A DNA stretch of 64,000 nucleotides from Candidatus Bathyarchaeota archaeon. GTDB taxonomy: Archaea > Thermoproteota > Bathyarchaeia > Bathyarchaeales > Bathycorpusculaceae. The translations under genes were made by a program, and so were the position numbers. Where the stretch lies: assembly GCA_963772455.1 (NCBI GenBank), contig CAVYXJ010000010.1, positions 32,001 through 96,000 of the forward strand. The letters run 5' to 3'. The notes below the pieces were generated by a model. That model saw only the letters and a list, made by a program, of their open reading frames with translations. It was not told the DNA's origin and did not search any database. The stretch's first letter is position 1. Each line of letters starts with the position of its first letter. Shown here in pieces: positions 49,681 through 59,212 of the stretch.

Positions 49681-50316
49681 ATGCTCAGACCTACATTTGA
49701 GCGGATAATAGTGAAAGAGCCCTTCGCCTCATTTATAAAAAAGGAATTAGAACCAAGAATACTTCTAATAACTTGTGGATTACCTGCAAGCTATAAAACC
49801 GAAACAGCAGAGGTAGTCTCCAAAATCAAAGGATACCCAATCCTTCGCAGTGACTTGATAAGGCTAGAAGTACTCAAAAATGAGGATATTTTTGATGTAA
49901 AAGTTGCTGGAAATATGAATAAGCGTTTATCAGTCTATGATGAAGTGTTCCGACGTGCAGACCAAATTGCATCAAAAAGTAGCAATGGCTTAATCTTGGA
50001 TGCTACTTTTGTTACCCAAGAACTCCGAAGGCGCGCAGCTGAGATAGCCGCAAAAAACAACATGACTTTTGTCATATTACAAACTAGTTGCCCACAAGAA
50101 GTGTCTATAAATAGAATTATGAAGCGAACTAAAGAAAAGTATGAATCAAACGCGTTAACGGAAGAAGCTTACATTGCAAACAAGAAAAAGTTTGAACCAG
50201 TTGACATTGATGATTTAAAAAAGAAGTATCCAACTCTTAAAGTGACTCACTTAACGGTTGATACCTGCCATGATGAGACTGAATGTTGGTTCGTTGTTGG
50301 AGTAGATAAAAGGTAA
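49681..50316 (+). CDS. P-loop kinase (AAA_33 / COG0645-like)
   Basis: CGLPASYKTE variant P-loop, LRSDLIR and ILDATF..RR. Confidence 0.8.
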   Translation: MLRPTFERIIVKEPFASFIKKELEPRILLITCGLPASYKTETAEVVSKIKGYPILRSDLIRLEVLKNEDIFDVKVAGNMNKRLSVYDEVFRRADQIASKSSNGLILDATFVTQELRRRAAEIAAKNNMTFVILQTSCPQEVSINRIMKRTKEKYESNALTEEAYIANKKKFEPVDIDDLKKKYPTLKVTHLTVDTCHDETECWFVVGVDKR

Positions 50317-50324
50317 AGTCATAA

Positions 50325-51197
50325 ATGAATATTGATTTACATATCCATTCAAGAAACTCAGACGGAATATTTTCCGTTAAAGAAATTCTTAAAGAAGCCA
50401 AAAAAAGAAACATACAATTCCTCTCAATTACAGACCATGATGGCATCGGTTGCCAAACCCACGCATCAGAATTCTCAAAAAAAGAAGCCGTCAGATACGT
50501 CACTGGAGTAGAGTTGAACGTGACTTTTTCTCACCCGAAGTATCAAGACGGAAAAGCAATTTCATTGGATTTCTTGGGTTATCAATTCGATCCCAAAGAC
50601 ATTGCTTTGGAGAGCAAACTAAATACAATAGCTAAGTACCGAGAAGAAAGAGCAATTAAAATTCTTGACAATCTCAATACTGAATTTAAAAAAGAAAACA
50701 TATCAGAGTTAACCAACGATGATCTAAAGCAGATTGAAGCATCAGTTGATGGCGTACTTGGAAGGCCTCACATAGCGGATTACTTGATTAAGAAAGGAAT
50801 CGTAAAAAATCGCCAAGAAGCCTTCGACAAGTATCTCGTTAAATGTGATGTCTCAAAATTTCCCCTATACCTGGAAGAAGCATCAAGAATCATTCGGAAC
50901 GCCGGTGGAAAACTCGTTCTAGCGCACCCCAACGATCCTCATGGAACCTCGCTGATTTCATTAACAAAAGACCTCATTGAACAAACCAATATTATTAAAG
51001 AAAAAATGTTACCCTACATTGATGGAGTTGAATGCTGGCACTCAAGAAACACCACCGAAGCAACTATGCACTACTCAAAATTTGCAATAGACCAAGGATT
51101 AATAATGACTGGAGGAAGCGATTGTCATCAAAAACCAATCGTAATGGGCACGGTCCAAATTCCTGACTTTGTTGCCAACCAGTTCGCTAAAACTTAG
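50325..51197 (+). CDS. PHP-domain phosphoesterase (TrpH/YciV-like)
   Basis: DLHIHSRNSDG, ITDHD, GRPHIA, LAHP and GGSDCH. Confidence 0.92.
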   Translation: MNIDLHIHSRNSDGIFSVKEILKEAKKRNIQFLSITDHDGIGCQTHASEFSKKEAVRYVTGVELNVTFSHPKYQDGKAISLDFLGYQFDPKDIALESKLNTIAKYREERAIKILDNLNTEFKKENISELTNDDLKQIEASVDGVLGRPHIADYLIKKGIVKNRQEAFDKYLVKCDVSKFPLYLEEASRIIRNAGGKLVLAHPNDPHGTSLISLTKDLIEQTNIIKEKMLPYIDGVECWHSRNTTEATMHYSKFAIDQGLIMTGGSDCHQKPIVMGTVQIPDFVANQFAKT

Positions 51198-51203
51198 TAT
51201 TGG

Positions 51204-52256
51204 TTAAAGGTTTTTTGCATATTCAGAGGCTAATTTAAAGTACTTTTGTGCTTCTTGGATTGCAATTATCTTTTCTTCGGATGTAATATTCGGGTCGTCT
51301 ATTCTGAAACTGATTACTTTTCCCCTTACATACGCCCTATAGCATTTGTAAAATGATAGAAGCTGAGTTAATTGCTGGTCTTCGGAAAATGCGAGATATC
51401 TCTCGATGAAATAGTTAGCGAGGTCAGAGTGATGTTGGAAATCCAAGTCCATGGCCAAAAAAGCAACGTCAGCAGCAACGTCGGAATACCGGAAGCGATC
51501 ATTAAATTCAATTGCATCGAATATGCATATTTTATCGGTTATGAAGATATTTCCTGAATGTAAATCACCGTGACAATCTCTTATTCGATTGTTAGTTATT
51601 CTGCTTTCAAAAAGAGATTTATTTTTTTCAACGAAATTATTGATTTTGGTTTGGATGAATTGGAATTCATCCTGAGAGATTGTTTTGTGCGTGTATTTTG
51701 TGGTTTGAGAAAAGTTTTCTTCCCAATTAGTTTTCACTATTTTTATAGAGCCGTACTGACTTATTTCAAGATTTGTTTGGGCGCTTGAATGAAATTGTGC
51801 AACTATTTGCGCAATGTTGTCAATAATTTTTTTGTCAATTTTATTTTCTCTAAGCAGTGCAGTCATTATTCTTTCTTGTGGAAGCCGTTTCATCTTTAAG
51901 GCGTATTCAATGATTTCGCCTTGTCCATCTATTTTAATGATGTTTGATTTTTTAATTGGAACTACTTCAAGGTAAATTTCCGGGCAAAGACGTCTATTAA
52001 GTTCCAACTCCTTTTCACAGAACAAATGCCTTTTCTCAAGAGTTGAAAAGTCTAGGAACCCGAAGTTCACCGCCTTTTTTACTTTGTAAACGAAGTTTTT
52101 GGTTAAGAAAACAAAGGATATATGAGTTTGTATTAGTTCGATAATGCCAGGGTCTTGAGCATAAGCTTCTGGCTTAAGCATGGCTTCTACTACTTGCTTT
52201 TGGTCCTGCATTTTATGATACTCCTTAAGAGTATATTCTTTTGAAGTGGTAGTCAT
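51204..52256 (-). CDS. Aminoglycoside-phosphotransferase-like kinase (COG2187-like)
   Basis: QTHISFVFL, YKVKKAV.FGFLDFST, ELELNRRL, CHGDLHSGNI, FDAIEFN and YRAYVRGKV. Confidence 0.88.
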   Translation of the reverse strand: MTTTSKEYTLKEYHKMQDQKQVVEAMLKPEAYAQDPGIIELIQTHISFVFLTKNFVYKVKKAVNFGFLDFSTLEKRHLFCEKELELNRRLCPEIYLEVVPIKKSNIIKIDGQGEIIEYALKMKRLPQERIMTALLRENKIDKKIIDNIAQIVAQFHSSAQTNLEISQYGSIKIVKTNWEENFSQTTKYTHKTISQDEFQFIQTKINNFVEKNKSLFESRITNNRIRDCHGDLHSGNIFITDKICIFDAIEFNDRFRYSDVAADVAFLAMDLDFQHHSDLANYFIERYLAFSEDQQLTQLLSFYKCYRAYVRGKVISFRIDDPNITSEEKIIAIQEAQKYFKLASEYAKNL

Positions 52257-52294
52257 TAAATATAGGGTTTCTCTTTTTTTGGAAATATAGTATT

Positions 52295-52918
52295 TTAACT
52301 CATTTGAAAGTTCTTGACGTAATTCAAGACATTGTTGGCCTGATCCTTAGAAATACTTTTTTCACGATAGAGTGAACCCACAATTTCTGTTATGGTCGCC
52401 AAAGCATGAACTTTATAACCGAGTTTCTCCAGTTTTTCTTTCCCCCCGTGTTCGCGGTTTACTACAACCATCAGATGCTTAACGTTGGCGCCAAGTTCTT
52501 GAAGAGGTTTTATTCCTTCAACTTTTGATAATCCTTCACTTATTACGTCGTCGAAGAAAAGAATGTTATCTCCTTCAGCTACAGTTGCCCCTGCGATTCT
52601 ACCGGTTACACCGTATGATTTGTCCTCTTTTCTTACAATAACGCAAGGCAAGTTTAGGATGCACGCAATGCTTGGCACAATCAAAGCACCTTTAAGTTCG
52701 ATAGAAGCTAACTTGTCGATTCTATTAGTAGCCATTATCTGAGTTATTTTTTTGGATGCAGATTCAGCTATAGTGCATAGTTGCTTTGGTGAGGATAGAA
52801 CACGGGCCAGATCAATATAGTATGGGCTTGTTGCTCCTGATTTAATCTTGAAGCTGCCGAACTTTAAGCAACCTGATAAGTAGAGTGCATTTGCTACTTC
52901 ATCAACAGTATTTACCAT
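52295..52918 (-). CDS. pyrE: Orotate phosphoribosyltransferase
   Basis: KFGSFKIKSGATSPYYID, RKEDKSYG and FDDVISEG PRPP loop. Confidence 0.9.
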   Translation of the reverse strand: MVNTVDEVANALYLSGCLKFGSFKIKSGATSPYYIDLARVLSSPKQLCTIAESASKKITQIMATNRIDKLASIELKGALIVPSIACILNLPCVIVRKEDKSYGVTGRIAGATVAEGDNILFFDDVISEGLSKVEGIKPLQELGANVKHLMVVVNREHGGKEKLEKLGYKVHALATITEIVGSLYREKSISKDQANNVLNYVKNFQMS

Positions 52919-53076
52919 GCGAGTTATCCCCGTTGTGAATACGAACCAGTAAATTTAACCCTTTACCAAACTATTTTAAGCTTAAAACTCTCTAAAAAAA
53001 TCTTTTACAGAAAAATGGAATCAAAGATCTTTGTTTGCATTTTCAGCAACTGGTAGACATTAAAAGCTGAAAAAAA

Positions 53077-54051
53077 TTAAACAACTAAATCAGCCATGTC
53101 GACGCTACCCTCATAAATTTGTTTGAGAAAAGACACCACAGCCAAAATCTGGGGCATCAAATCCACAAACGATTCTTTGGAAACATCTTCAACTTTAGAG
53201 CAAGTTACCTCGATTTTCCCCCTCAAACCACGTACATTCTCAGCCAATGAAATATCTTTAACTAAGAAAGCTTTGAGAGCTTGCTCATTGGCGTCGTAAC
53301 AAACGCATTGTAGATCAATTAGCAGCTTTCGCAGTTCATCAGATAATTTTATTCCGTTGAGGGCAATAGTGTTTGAAGCTACTTGCACACATGCATCACC
53401 TAAACCTTCGATAAGACTTGCCGCTAAACGATAATCCAAGCATTCTATTGGGGTAATTCCAATCTTCTCACTTAAACGTGGATTTTGAATAATCGTGCGC
53501 AAAATTCTCACTAATAAAAAATAGAACTTATTGTTCTCCACGTCCCTTTCAATAACATTCTTTGCCAAATCCATGTCACCATTAACAAAAGAGGTAGCTG
53601 CGTCCCGGATCATTCGAACTGCACTAGCATGATTGCGCTGTAAAATTTTTTCAGGAGAAGTAAAAGGCTGTTGCTGCATCAAACACTGAAGTGAAATCAT
53701 TGAAGTGGTTTCCTCAACAATCATCAAACCAGCAAGAGACTCAGCTGTAGATTTAACTAGATTTCTAACATTTGAATCAATTCGATCTTTAGCTTCTATA
53801 CGAATAATATCATATCCAAGAAGGTAGTGCCCGACAATTTCTCTTCCTAAAAAAGGACTAACCTTTAAAAATGCAACTCTGGGTTGCTGTTCAACATCAT
53901 ATTTTGAGTCGATAAGAAGTTTACCGTCTGCAGTCATATCCAAATTAACTAGACTACCTTTTTTTAGGCCATTCTTTTGAGCCCAGTCTCGCGGCACACA
54001 AACAAAGAACGTGCCTGTTGGAGTTTGTTGGACTTTTCGTAAATCACCCAT
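53077..54051 (-). CDS. phoU: Phosphate uptake regulator, AbrB plus PhoU domains
   Basis: RKVQQTPTGTFFVCVPRDWA..GLKKG, YLLGYD.I.I and PhoU repeats. Confidence 0.87.
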   Translation of the reverse strand: MGDLRKVQQTPTGTFFVCVPRDWAQKNGLKKGSLVNLDMTADGKLLIDSKYDVEQQPRVAFLKVSPFLGREIVGHYLLGYDIIRIEAKDRIDSNVRNLVKSTAESLAGLMIVEETTSMISLQCLMQQQPFTSPEKILQRNHASAVRMIRDAATSFVNGDMDLAKNVIERDVENNKFYFLLVRILRTIIQNPRLSEKIGITPIECLDYRLAASLIEGLGDACVQVASNTIALNGIKLSDELRKLLIDLQCVCYDANEQALKAFLVKDISLAENVRGLRGKIEVTCSKVEDVSKESFVDLMPQILAVVSFLKQIYEGSVDMADLVV

Positions 54052-54288
54052 ATTGATACACCTAAGGAAGATATAATGTATCTAAACTAAAGTCCAGTTA
54101 TATAAATTAAGTTAATTAACAATAATTAATTCTTAAAAATCATCAATAAACATGTCACAACACTTTAAAACACTTTTAAAATAAATAAAGAGCAACGAGA
54201 AGCTTCTCCAAAAAAAAGACACAAAACGAAAAACAGTTAATAACTCAAAAGCATAAGTGGCTAACATAAAAAACCCTAGCAGGAAACA

Positions 54289-55896
54289 TTGGTTAAAGGC
54301 AAGAAGTCAATGAGTGCCCAGGAAAAACTCCAACGTGCAATCCAAGCAACTATGGAAGCTGGATATCAATTAAATAGCGAAGCATTCGAGTTCCTAATTC
54401 AAAACGCCCAAACCAACGATCCTGCAAAAATTATGAACTTGGCGCTTGAGAGAATCCAAGGATTACAAGATAAACCGATGTTTATTGAGAAAAGCTTCCT
54501 AGAACCGCTTCTACAAGTCATTGAATCTGGTCCGCTAATTCAAATATCTGAGCCTCAAAGTAGTCCATTGAATATTGTTCCACAACCTCAACTACGATCT
54601 ATTGAGGAATATCAAAGTTCCATTGAACCAGAGTTTTATCCGTACGCAAGAGACATTGCAGCAGAAATCAATATCCTTGAAGACGCTACTGGAAAACTCA
54701 CTTCAAACGGTACATTGGACGAGTATGTACTTTATTTTCAAGATAGGTTTAAACGAATCGAAAAAATCCTGAGGCAAAGGATTGATGTTAAAGCAGCAAC
54801 CCCAATCATCGAAGCTCTCAAATCGCCTCCAAAAACCAAGATTAAAATAATCTGCATGCTAACAGACAAAAGGGATTCAAAAAATAACATTATTCTTTCC
54901 GTCGAGGATTTACATGGAAGCGCTACTATTATTGTTTCTAAAAAAGCCCCTGAAGAAGTAAAGAAGAAAGCACTCACGCTTCTACCAGATCAGGTTTTTT
55001 GCGCTGCCGTCGTCAAAACAAGAAGCGAATTGCTGATGGCTGAAGATATAATTTTTCCTGACGTAGGCAGAAAAGTGCCACAAAGAGCACAAGAACCAGT
55101 TTATGCTGTCCTCACATCGGACATCCACATTGGCAGCACAAAATTTACCAAAGAGCCATTCAAACGCTTCATCCTCTGGCTAATGGGCAAGTATGGAACC
55201 CCTGAAATGCGCCAGATAGCCAGCCGTGTTAAATATCTTCTTGTTGCTGGTGACATTGTGGATGGCATAGGCATTTATCCTGGGCAACAAAACGAGCTAA
55301 CCATAAGGGATTTGCATAAGCAATACAATTTTGCAATTAAATATTTAGAAAAAATCCCAGATTACATTGAAATCATTCTTTCCCCAGGTAACCATGATGC
55401 AGCACGAAAATCCCTGCCACAACCTGCAATTCCAGAAGGATATTTGACTGCTATTCAAGGCAAAAAGAACATACACTCAGTAGGTAGTCCATGCCTACTA
55501 AGCATTCATGGTGTAGAAGTACTCATGTACCACGGCAGAAGCTTAGATGACATAGTATCAGTTATCCCTGGCATGGACCATCAGCACCCAGAAAAATCGA
55601 TGCGTTTACTCATGCAAGGACGACATTTAGCACCCGTCTATGGTGGAAAAACCATGCTTTCCCCGGAAAACCGCGATTACCTCGTAATCGACAAAGTTCC
55701 AGACATTTTTCATGCAGGACACGTACATGTTAATGGTCTTTGCAATTACCGTGGAGTGCTTGTGGTTAATTCTGGCGGGTGGCAAGAACAAACTGATTAC
55801 ATGGAAAAGTTAGGGTTGGTTCCTACACCAGGACTGGTGCCCGTTGTGAACCTTCAGACTCTTCAGACCACCGTTTTATCTTTTAACGATGTCTAA
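54289..55896 (+). CDS. polB: DNA polymerase D small subunit DP1
   Basis: SDIHIGS, AGDIVDGIGIYPGQ, PGNHDA, YHGRSLDD, RHLAP and GHVH; start may be ATG 54310. Confidence 0.95.
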   Translation: MVKGKKSMSAQEKLQRAIQATMEAGYQLNSEAFEFLIQNAQTNDPAKIMNLALERIQGLQDKPMFIEKSFLEPLLQVIESGPLIQISEPQSSPLNIVPQPQLRSIEEYQSSIEPEFYPYARDIAAEINILEDATGKLTSNGTLDEYVLYFQDRFKRIEKILRQRIDVKAATPIIEALKSPPKTKIKIICMLTDKRDSKNNIILSVEDLHGSATIIVSKKAPEEVKKKALTLLPDQVFCAAVVKTRSELLMAEDIIFPDVGRKVPQRAQEPVYAVLTSDIHIGSTKFTKEPFKRFILWLMGKYGTPEMRQIASRVKYLLVAGDIVDGIGIYPGQQNELTIRDLHKQYNFAIKYLEKIPDYIEIILSPGNHDAARKSLPQPAIPEGYLTAIQGKKNIHSVGSPCLLSIHGVEVLMYHGRSLDDIVSVIPGMDHQHPEKSMRLLMQGRHLAPVYGGKTMLSPENRDYLVIDKVPDIFHAGHVHVNGLCNYRGVLVVNSGGWQEQTDYMEKLGLVPTPGLVPVVNLQTLQTTVLSFNDV

Positions 55897-57134
55897 GTGA
55901 GGGGGTTTGGGTTTTTGCGAGAAGCTTGGGGTGAATACTCAATCAATCGATTAAAACGATTATCGCTACTAAAGACGTCTCTAATCAAACTGCGAGATAT
56001 CTCAAGCCTAATCTTTTTAGTTCTGCCGTATCGTCCCATGCTTACAACTTTTGCGTTCACAAGACCCATCGAATCAAGCTCGTTGACCAAAGTACCTAAA
56101 CGACGCTGTGTTAGAAGCCCAGCGCCCATTTCACCGCATAGTTCATTGTAAATATCGTATATTTCGCCTGTAGTAGCGCTCGACCTATTTAGGTGGTAAA
56201 CACTCAGCAACACTAACTTTGAATGCAACGTCAGATTATTGAGAGCTTCAATAACTCGATTGTGTTCAATATGTTTCTCTGCTTGGCGTACATGTTCCTC
56301 AGTAATTGTTTTTGCACCTGAACGCTCAGCAACTTCGCCAGCAACACGCAACAGATCTAAAGCACGCCTAGCATCACCATGTTCCGCAGCAGCCAAAGCT
56401 GAGCAAATACTCAAAGCTGAATCTGAAAGAACTCCATCTTGGAAAGACAATTTTGATCGTTCTAGCAAAATATTTCGAAGCTCCCCAGCATCATATGGCC
56501 TAAAGACAAGTTCTTCTTCACTTAATGAACTGAATACTCTCGGGTCCAAGAATTCTTTTAGGCGAAGATCATTTGAGATTCCAATTAGGGCAACTTTGCT
56601 TTTGGTTAACGTTTCATTTATCCTTGTTAACTCATACATGAAAGCGTCGCCATGTTCCTTAATCAAGGCGTCAACCTCATCCAAAACTATGATGAATATT
56701 ATCCTTGATTGTTCTAACCCTGAGCGGAACCTGTCAAAGACTTCACCTACTGATAAACCAGTGAAGGGAATGGTTAATCCTACACTTTGGCTTAAGGCTG
56801 CGAAAACCCTGTATTCTGAACCTGTCATACGACAGTTAATGTAGCAGAATTTGACTTGTGCACCATATTCTTTTGCTTTGGATTCCAGATGGCTTAAAAC
56901 ATATTTTGTTACGGCTGTTTTTCCTGTTCCAGTTTTTCCATAAATGAAAATATTTGAGCAACGTGAATCTCTCAAGACTGGAGCAACAGTTGCACCTAAC
57001 AATCGAATCTGGTCTTCACGGTGTGGAAGTTTTTCCGGAAGATAATCATGTCTTAAGACCTCGCGGTCTTTGAACAATTTAACTCCGTTTACGAAGTTTT
57101 CGAATACATCATCTAATACGCTTGAGTTGCCCAT
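55893..57134 (-). CDS. cdc6: Orc1/Cdc6 replication initiator
   Basis: LPHREDQI, YGKTGTGKT, LDEVD, GDARRALDLLR and C-terminal wH with GRYGRT. Confidence 0.97.
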   Translation of the reverse strand: MGNSSVLDDVFENFVNGVKLFKDREVLRHDYLPEKLPHREDQIRLLGATVAPVLRDSRCSNIFIYGKTGTGKTAVTKYVLSHLESKAKEYGAQVKFCYINCRMTGSEYRVFAALSQSVGLTIPFTGLSVGEVFDRFRSGLEQSRIIFIIVLDEVDALIKEHGDAFMYELTRINETLTKSKVALIGISNDLRLKEFLDPRVFSSLSEEELVFRPYDAGELRNILLERSKLSFQDGVLSDSALSICSALAAAEHGDARRALDLLRVAGEVAERSGAKTITEEHVRQAEKHIEHNRVIEALNNLTLHSKLVLLSVYHLNRSSATTGEIYDIYNELCGEMGAGLLTQRRLGTLVNELDSMGLVNAKVVSMGRYGRTKKIRLEISRSLIRDVFSSDNRFNRLIEYSPQASRKNPNPLT

Positions 57135-57281
57135 TCACTATCCCACACTGCTTCAGAGGTAACACCGTTACTTCGTGTGGAACAGATAAAGTCTATAGTA
57201 CAAAAAAATAGTTTTAGAACACAACATTCCTAAAAAACAATGAAAACAAACGATAATAACCAAACAAAGCGAGAGCACACA

Positions 57282-57303
57282 CACCCCAATGTTTCTACTC
57301 GAG
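57282..57303 (-). promoter_or_regulatory. ORB element 1
   Basis: Reverse complement CTCGAGTAGAAACATTGGGGTG resembles the ORB consensus TTCCAGTGGAAAC-N-GGGG. Confidence 0.8.
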
Positions 57304-57466
57304 AAAAAAGCTTAGTAAAAGAAAATCACTAAATAATATATATACAATTATATACTCTGATAGGTAAGATGTTTTTTTATATATTAATAATTGCTATCAA
57401 AGAATTTAGACAAACATTCTGCAAATATTTTTTCAGCCTCACCTGTGTTCTTTTTGTCCTAAATAC

Positions 57467-57488
57467 TTCGAGAGGAAACATAGGGGTG
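57467..57488 (+). promoter_or_regulatory. ORB element 2
   Basis: TTCGAGAGGAAACATAGGGGTG. Confidence 0.85.
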
Positions 57489-57619
57489 CGTCTCCAACCA
57501 TTTTTCCATAGTAAATTGTCCATGCGATAGCTTCTATGTGACAAATTGTAATATGGCTTAACTGAATTCAAGTTAAAGTTTCTTTAACAATTTTTTTAGT
57601 TGTCTTTTCCAGGATTTTC

Positions 57620-57920
57620 ATTCACAAAACTGTGAATAGATGTGAATTGATAGAGAAGATGTTGATTTATCAAGCTTTGATTCTGGTAAATTACCATTTT
57701 TAGGTCTTTTACATGTGAACAAGGCACCCCTACGCTTCTACTGGAAAAGTATAACCAAGGCTGAACTGAATTATTTCAGACGTTTCTTTTTACTGTGAAG
57801 CTGGTAATAACAAACAAACTTCAAATTACACCCGATATAGATTTATGAGCATCTAAATCGCTTATTTATTTACCATGATTCACCATAACAGCTATAAGGT
57901 GTGAAGCATAAAGTTGTGAA
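57620..57920. repeat. TGTGAA box cluster
   Basis: TTCACA 57621; TGTGAA at 57631, 57641, 57714, 57794, 57900 and 57915; palindrome ATTCACA-AAAC-TGTGAAT. Confidence 0.7.
57725..57746 (-). promoter_or_regulatory. ORB element 3
   Basis: Reverse complement TTCCAGTAGAAGCGTAGGGGTG. Confidence 0.85.
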
Positions 57921-57941
57921 CAACCTTAAGGTGTATACCAG

Positions 57942-58376
57942 ATGCCGGCTCGGAAAATGCGCGTTGAGCTGTTCGATAGCGATGGTAATCGATATACTAT
58001 TGCTTTTGAGGGTCAAGTGACCAGAGAAAAAGCTTTGCGCCTTCTGGATCTGGTAGAGTTGCTGGGAAGTGCGCCGGGAGAAAACCTTAGTACGAATACA
58101 GGTACGGCTTTACCTAACAAGACCTTGTCACGTTTTGAAAAGGTTCAACTCGTTATCCAGAAAAACTTTCCTTTGATTTGGTTCTCTTCAAAGGATATAC
58201 AGTCAATTTACGAGCAGGAACTCAAAGAACCCGTCGGCCTCAGCACAGTTTCAACATATCTTTCAAGGATGTCAACCAAAGGTATGCTGCTTAGAACGGG
58301 TGGACCAAACTCCTTGAAATACAAGTCCGTGCCAAACCTTTCCCAAGCGACAACCATAAAACAACATATAAAATAA
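57942..58376 (+). CDS. Uncharacterised protein: small N-terminal domain plus C-terminal winged helix
   Basis: FSSKDIQSIYEQ..VGLSTVSTYLSRMSTKGML.RTG wHTH pattern. Confidence 0.8.
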   Translation: MPARKMRVELFDSDGNRYTIAFEGQVTREKALRLLDLVELLGSAPGENLSTNTGTALPNKTLSRFEKVQLVIQKNFPLIWFSSKDIQSIYEQELKEPVGLSTVSTYLSRMSTKGMLLRTGGPNSLKYKSVPNLSQATTIKQHIK

Positions 58377-58471
58377 CCGAGACCAAGCTCTAAACAATTT
58401 AATTCAATCCAGGTTTGGATGTTTGAATCCAAATTTTTTTTAGTTAAACTATTTCGAAGCTTCTTTTAAAT

Positions 58472-59212
58472 TTACGATTGGCTGCTTTCAGCTTTTTGCA
58501 TCAGATTCTCCATTTCTTTTTTGATGCTGTATCTGAATGGAATTTTGCCAGCTTCTCGCTCCAGATATCCTTCTTCGTAGAGTTTCTTCATCAATCTTGC
58601 CGTGTGTTCCCTGCTAAGGTGAACTCTTTCTTTGATTTCAGGTGCCGTTTTCGCCCCTTCTTTGGATAAAATTTCTAGAACTGATATTTCAGTGTCAGTT
58701 AATGAGGCCATGGCTTTGTCACGTTTTAGCATTATAACGGGTTCACTCCTAATTTCAGGTGGGGCAATGTTGATTTTTCGGATTTGTTCTTCAAAACCCG
58801 TAATCTTTACTCGCAGTGTTTCTTGAGTTGCTTCTATGTCTTTTATTTTTAGCTCTAAACCTGATAACCCTGAAAGTATGTTTGTGTTATTTTGTGAGAG
58901 GTTTTGTGATATTGTTTGTGTTATGACGCCAATTTGTTCTTCGAATGGCTTTATCCTTTTTTCCACGTTATCTATCTTCTTTAGGCTGGTATCTGTTTTT
59001 GCAGAGTTACCTTCAACTTTGAATGTGATTATATCTAATTTGTCGGCTTCACGTTTTAGCTCCCGATTGAAACTTAGCACAATATCTTCGACAAAGTCTC
59101 TGGCTTTTTCGTATTCTTTTTGTGCTTTACGTATTTGTCTGTAATACTCAAATGACGCTGCTGATGTTGCAGCTAACAGGATGCCAATGAGTATTGGTGT
59201 AAAGTCGACCGT
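58472..59212 (-). CDS. Putative membrane-anchored coiled-coil winged-helix protein, probable ACG start at 59212
   Basis: Frame is open 44 codons upstream of track start 59080 and encodes VDFTPILIGILLAATSAASFEYY; long heptad region; LTDTEISVLEIL..TAPEIKERVHLSREHTARLMKKLYEEGYLER wHTH. Confidence 0.78.
   Translation of the reverse strand, partial: TVDFTPILIGILLAATSAASFEYYRQIRKAQKEYEKARDFVEDIVLSFNRELKREADKLDIITFKVEGNSAKTDTSLKKIDNVEKRIKPFEEQIGVITQTISQNLSQNNTNILSGLSGLELKIKDIEATQETLRVKITGFEEQIRKINIAPPEIRSEPVIMLKRDKAMASLTDTEISVLEILSKEGAKTAPEIKERVHLSREHTARLMKKLYEEGYLEREAGKIPFRYSIKKEMENLMQKAESSQS

Larger units (their letters stand above)
57135..57760. other. Chromosomal replication origin (oriC) upstream of cdc6
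   Basis: Non-coding and AT-rich; three full ORB elements with G-strings plus a mini-ORB-like TTCAGAGGTAAC at 57152-57163. Confidence 0.88.

Noticed and set aside
56239-56844. 201-aa plus-strand ORF, and similar antisense ORFs at 32578-33051, 13119-13541, 48622-49020 and 6385-6807
   Set aside because: They lie wholly antisense to well-supported conserved genes and show no recognisable motifs.
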